Virus record (IMG/VR): IMGVR_UViG_3300046660_000488
Coordinates: 186,001 to 250,000 of that record
DNA length: 64,000 nucleotides
Direction: 5' to 3' (one strand)
Shown piece after piece: positions 62,038 to 64,000 of the stretch (its first letter is position 1; each line of letters begins with the position of its first letter). A program made the translations under genes and the position numbers. The notes below the pieces were generated by a model. That model made no database searches. It saw only the letters and a list, made by a program, of their open reading frames with translations, and was not told the DNA's origin.

Positions 62038-62691
62038 TTAGACGCCGAAGTCGGCGGTGGTCGCGAACTGGACGCCAGCGGCGATCAGTTGTTCGGTCAT
62101 GGCGTCGTTCGATCCGTCCGGAATGGCCTTGGTCAGGTCTTCCACGAGCACGGTGTCGAAGGTCGCCTCGGTGTTGACGCTCAGGTCGAGCAGGGTGAAG
62201 CCGACGCAGTAATTGCGAGCCAGACCCACGACGAACACGCGGCGGATGCCACGGCTGAACAGATAGCCGATCAGGCCGGTCGGGGTGATCTTGTCGTTCT
62301 CGTAGGCACCGGAGTAGCTGTCGATGGCCTTGTTCATGCCCTTGCGGACGATGGCCGCCGCCCGCTCGATGGTGTCCACCACGTTCGGGTGGAATTCCGC
62401 GCCGGGCGTGCCTTGGACGCAGTGGTCGGGCCACGCGACTTGGTCGCCGTAGGAGACCTGCACGATGGAGAACGGATCGACGCCATGGGTGCTGGCGAAC
62501 GAGCTATGACCGGCCGGATGCCAGTCCTGCGTGACGACGATCAGGCCGCCGTTCTTGGCGAAATGGAACGACAGGGCATTGATGCCTGTCATGATCTCGT
62601 CGCCTTCGGCCACGGCCAGCGCACCGCCGGGGCAAAAGTCGTTCTGGGGGTCGATGACGATGAGTGCGTCGGTCTTGGAAATCTGGAACAT
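62038..62691 (-). CDS. pncA: Nicotinamidase/pyrazinamidase
   Basis: 'ALIVIDPQNDFCPGGALAV', 'TQDWHP..HSSF', 'WPDHCVQGTPGAEFHP', 'RKG...DSYS', 'GLARNYCV'. Confidence 0.95.
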   Translation of the reverse strand: MFQISKTDALIVIDPQNDFCPGGALAVAEGDEIMTGINALSFHFAKNGGLIVVTQDWHPAGHSSFASTHGVDPFSIVQVSYGDQVAWPDHCVQGTPGAEFHPNVVDTIERAAAIVRKGMNKAIDSYSGAYENDKITPTGLIGYLFSRGIRRVFVVGLARNYCVGFTLLDLSVNTEATFDTVLVEDLTKAIPDGSNDAMTEQLIAAGVQFATTADFGV

Positions 62692-62747
62692 GGGTTTCTC
62701 CCGATTCGGGTTATAGGTTGTCGTTGAAACTGGTCAACGAAATTGGA

Positions 62748-64000
62748 TCAGACGATGATGGGCGCGCCGTTCAGGCCGTCGTTGCCGAAGACCCGGCGGT
62801 AGCGGGCGACTTCATCAGCGGGTCCAGTGGCCTTGTTGTAATTGTCCGACAGCTTGACGCAGGGACGACCATTGGCGCTGTAGGCCTTGCAGACGAGGCT
62901 CAGCGGCTTCATGAAGTCGTGACCCTTCGGCGAGCAGCCGTAGAAGTCGTTGGTTGCCAGCGTACCCCAGCCGAACGACTGGCGGATGACGCCCCGGAAG
63001 TGCTTGAAGATCGTCGGGATGTCTTCGCCGTGCGGCTTGTGGTGCGGCAGGTGGACGTCCAGACCATCGCTCGGGATCGCCAGCTTGGTGGCCGGGTCGC
63101 GGCCGTGGGCCTTGTAAAAATCGACGTATTCCTGAACGCCGTCGATGGCTTTCTTGGAATCCGGCCGACCACCGGCCCAGTCCGCCATCCACGTCGGCGC
63201 GTCCTTCAGGAATCCGGTCGTGCCGAAGGTGTCGGGAAGCATGATCCGCAGGGCTTGCGGATGATCTTCCTGCCATTCAGCGCACAGCTTGTACGGGGCG
63301 GCCTTCAGTTCCTCGTCGTCACTGGCCAACGCCGAGTAGACCATCGGAAGCTCGTGGGCGTTCGTGCCCCGAGCCTCGACGTTCAGTTCGGTGGCGAGGT
63401 GAACGTTCGACGTGCCGCCAAAGCGGTCGCCGAGGATTTCCTTCATCGTCTGGACGACGAACCGTTGCCACAGGTAGGAGTGACGACGGCGCGTGCCGAA
63501 GTCCGAGACACTGATGCCTTCAAGCTCAGGCGCCGCCAGAGCTTCGAGCTTGTCGTACAGCTTGACCTTCGCGCGGTCGTACAGACGAACCAGTTCGCTC
63601 TTGTCATGTTCCTTCAACAGCGACCGGGCATAAAGCTCCGAAATCACGGTCAGGCAGTGAAGCTCCCAGTCGGTGCTTTTGACCCAGCGGCCGGGGAACC
63701 GGATGTCGTAGTTGCCGGTGTTGTAGCCGACCGTGCCGTTGTAGGCGCGCTCGTGCTCGATGTGGTACTCGGGGAGCTTCGACGTCCGCAGGAAGTCGAT
63801 GTAATCCTTGCCGAAGATGCCGTCGAGGCCCGAGAAGCGCTGGCCTTGCAGGATGACCAGTTCGGTCGGCTGGTACATGACCGTCCGGGCGTGGTCGAAC
63901 TGTTCCTTGATCTCTTCGATGCTGACGAAGTTGGCCAGCGGAACGTCCGAGCGGTTCTTGAACCGGAATTCGACGTCCACGTTCGGGTTCCGCCGCAGGT
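62748..64000 (-). CDS. pncB: Nicotinate phosphoribosyltransferase, 5' end outside the window
   Basis: 'FRFKNRS', 'SDFGTRRRHS..WQ', 'GTSNVHLA', 'GTNAHE', 'LPDTFGT', 'RPDS', 'SDGLD', 'FGWGTLATND', 'VKLSDN..KATG'; frame is open to base 64000. Confidence 0.95.
   Translation of the reverse strand, partial: LRRNPNVDVEFRFKNRSDVPLANFVSIEEIKEQFDHARTVMYQPTELVILQGQRFSGLDGIFGKDYIDFLRTSKLPEYHIEHERAYNGTVGYNTGNYDIRFPGRWVKSTDWELHCLTVISELYARSLLKEHDKSELVRLYDRAKVKLYDKLEALAAPELEGISVSDFGTRRRHSYLWQRFVVQTMKEILGDRFGGTSNVHLATELNVEARGTNAHELPMVYSALASDDEELKAAPYKLCAEWQEDHPQALRIMLPDTFGTTGFLKDAPTWMADWAGGRPDSKKAIDGVQEYVDFYKAHGRDPATKLAIPSDGLDVHLPHHKPHGEDIPTIFKHFRGVIRQSFGWGTLATNDFYGCSPKGHDFMKPLSLVCKAYSANGRPCVKLSDNYNKATGPADEVARYRRVFGNDGLNGAPIIV

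Noticed and set aside
60941-62434. ORF-track start at 62434 giving a 497-aa protein
   Set aside because: The extension overlaps pncA in another frame; the ATG at 62026 just after the pncA stop is more plausible.
1-64000. Alternative genetic code (stop-codon reassignment) as seen in some huge phages
   Set aside because: Known proteins (IleRS, MetRS, NadE, fibres) are full length in code 11, and genes end with TAA, TGA and TAG.

Overview
GC-rich, densely coding segment of a very large (jumbo) tailed phage genome. A T4 gp13-like neck gene, T4-like TAAATA late promoters and many hypothetical genes point to a T4-superfamily-related jumbo myophage. A GcrA-like gene and alphaproteobacterial-style IleRS/MetRS suggest an alphaproteobacterial host (inference). 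Recognisable content: neck protein; an HtrL/GT9-like/two-methyltransferase surface-glycan cluster; three aminoacyl-tRNA synthetases (editing-domain-less ThrRS, IleRS, MetRS); YqeY, a GatB-tail fusion and tRNA-Val(GAC); GroES; two giant Ig-repeat/LamG fibre proteins (3591 and 1801 aa); one clear and one possible ADP-ribosyltransferase; C5 and N6/N4 DNA methyltransferases; a GIY-YIG protein; and a pncB-pncA-(unknown)-nadE NAD+ salvage cluster cut by the window end. The most striking unexplained element is a ~740 nt ORF-poor, extensively base-paired region (about 31790-32530) behind a canonical sigma70-type promoter, a candidate large structured ncRNA. Other leads: a small-protein/membrane-protein/HTH three-gene module beside the tRNA, nested LamG insertions in both fibres, a dispersed family sharing a C-terminal D-x3-K motif, and a recurrent pseudo-palindromic intergenic motif. 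All family calls come from motif recognition by eye; no database search was run.
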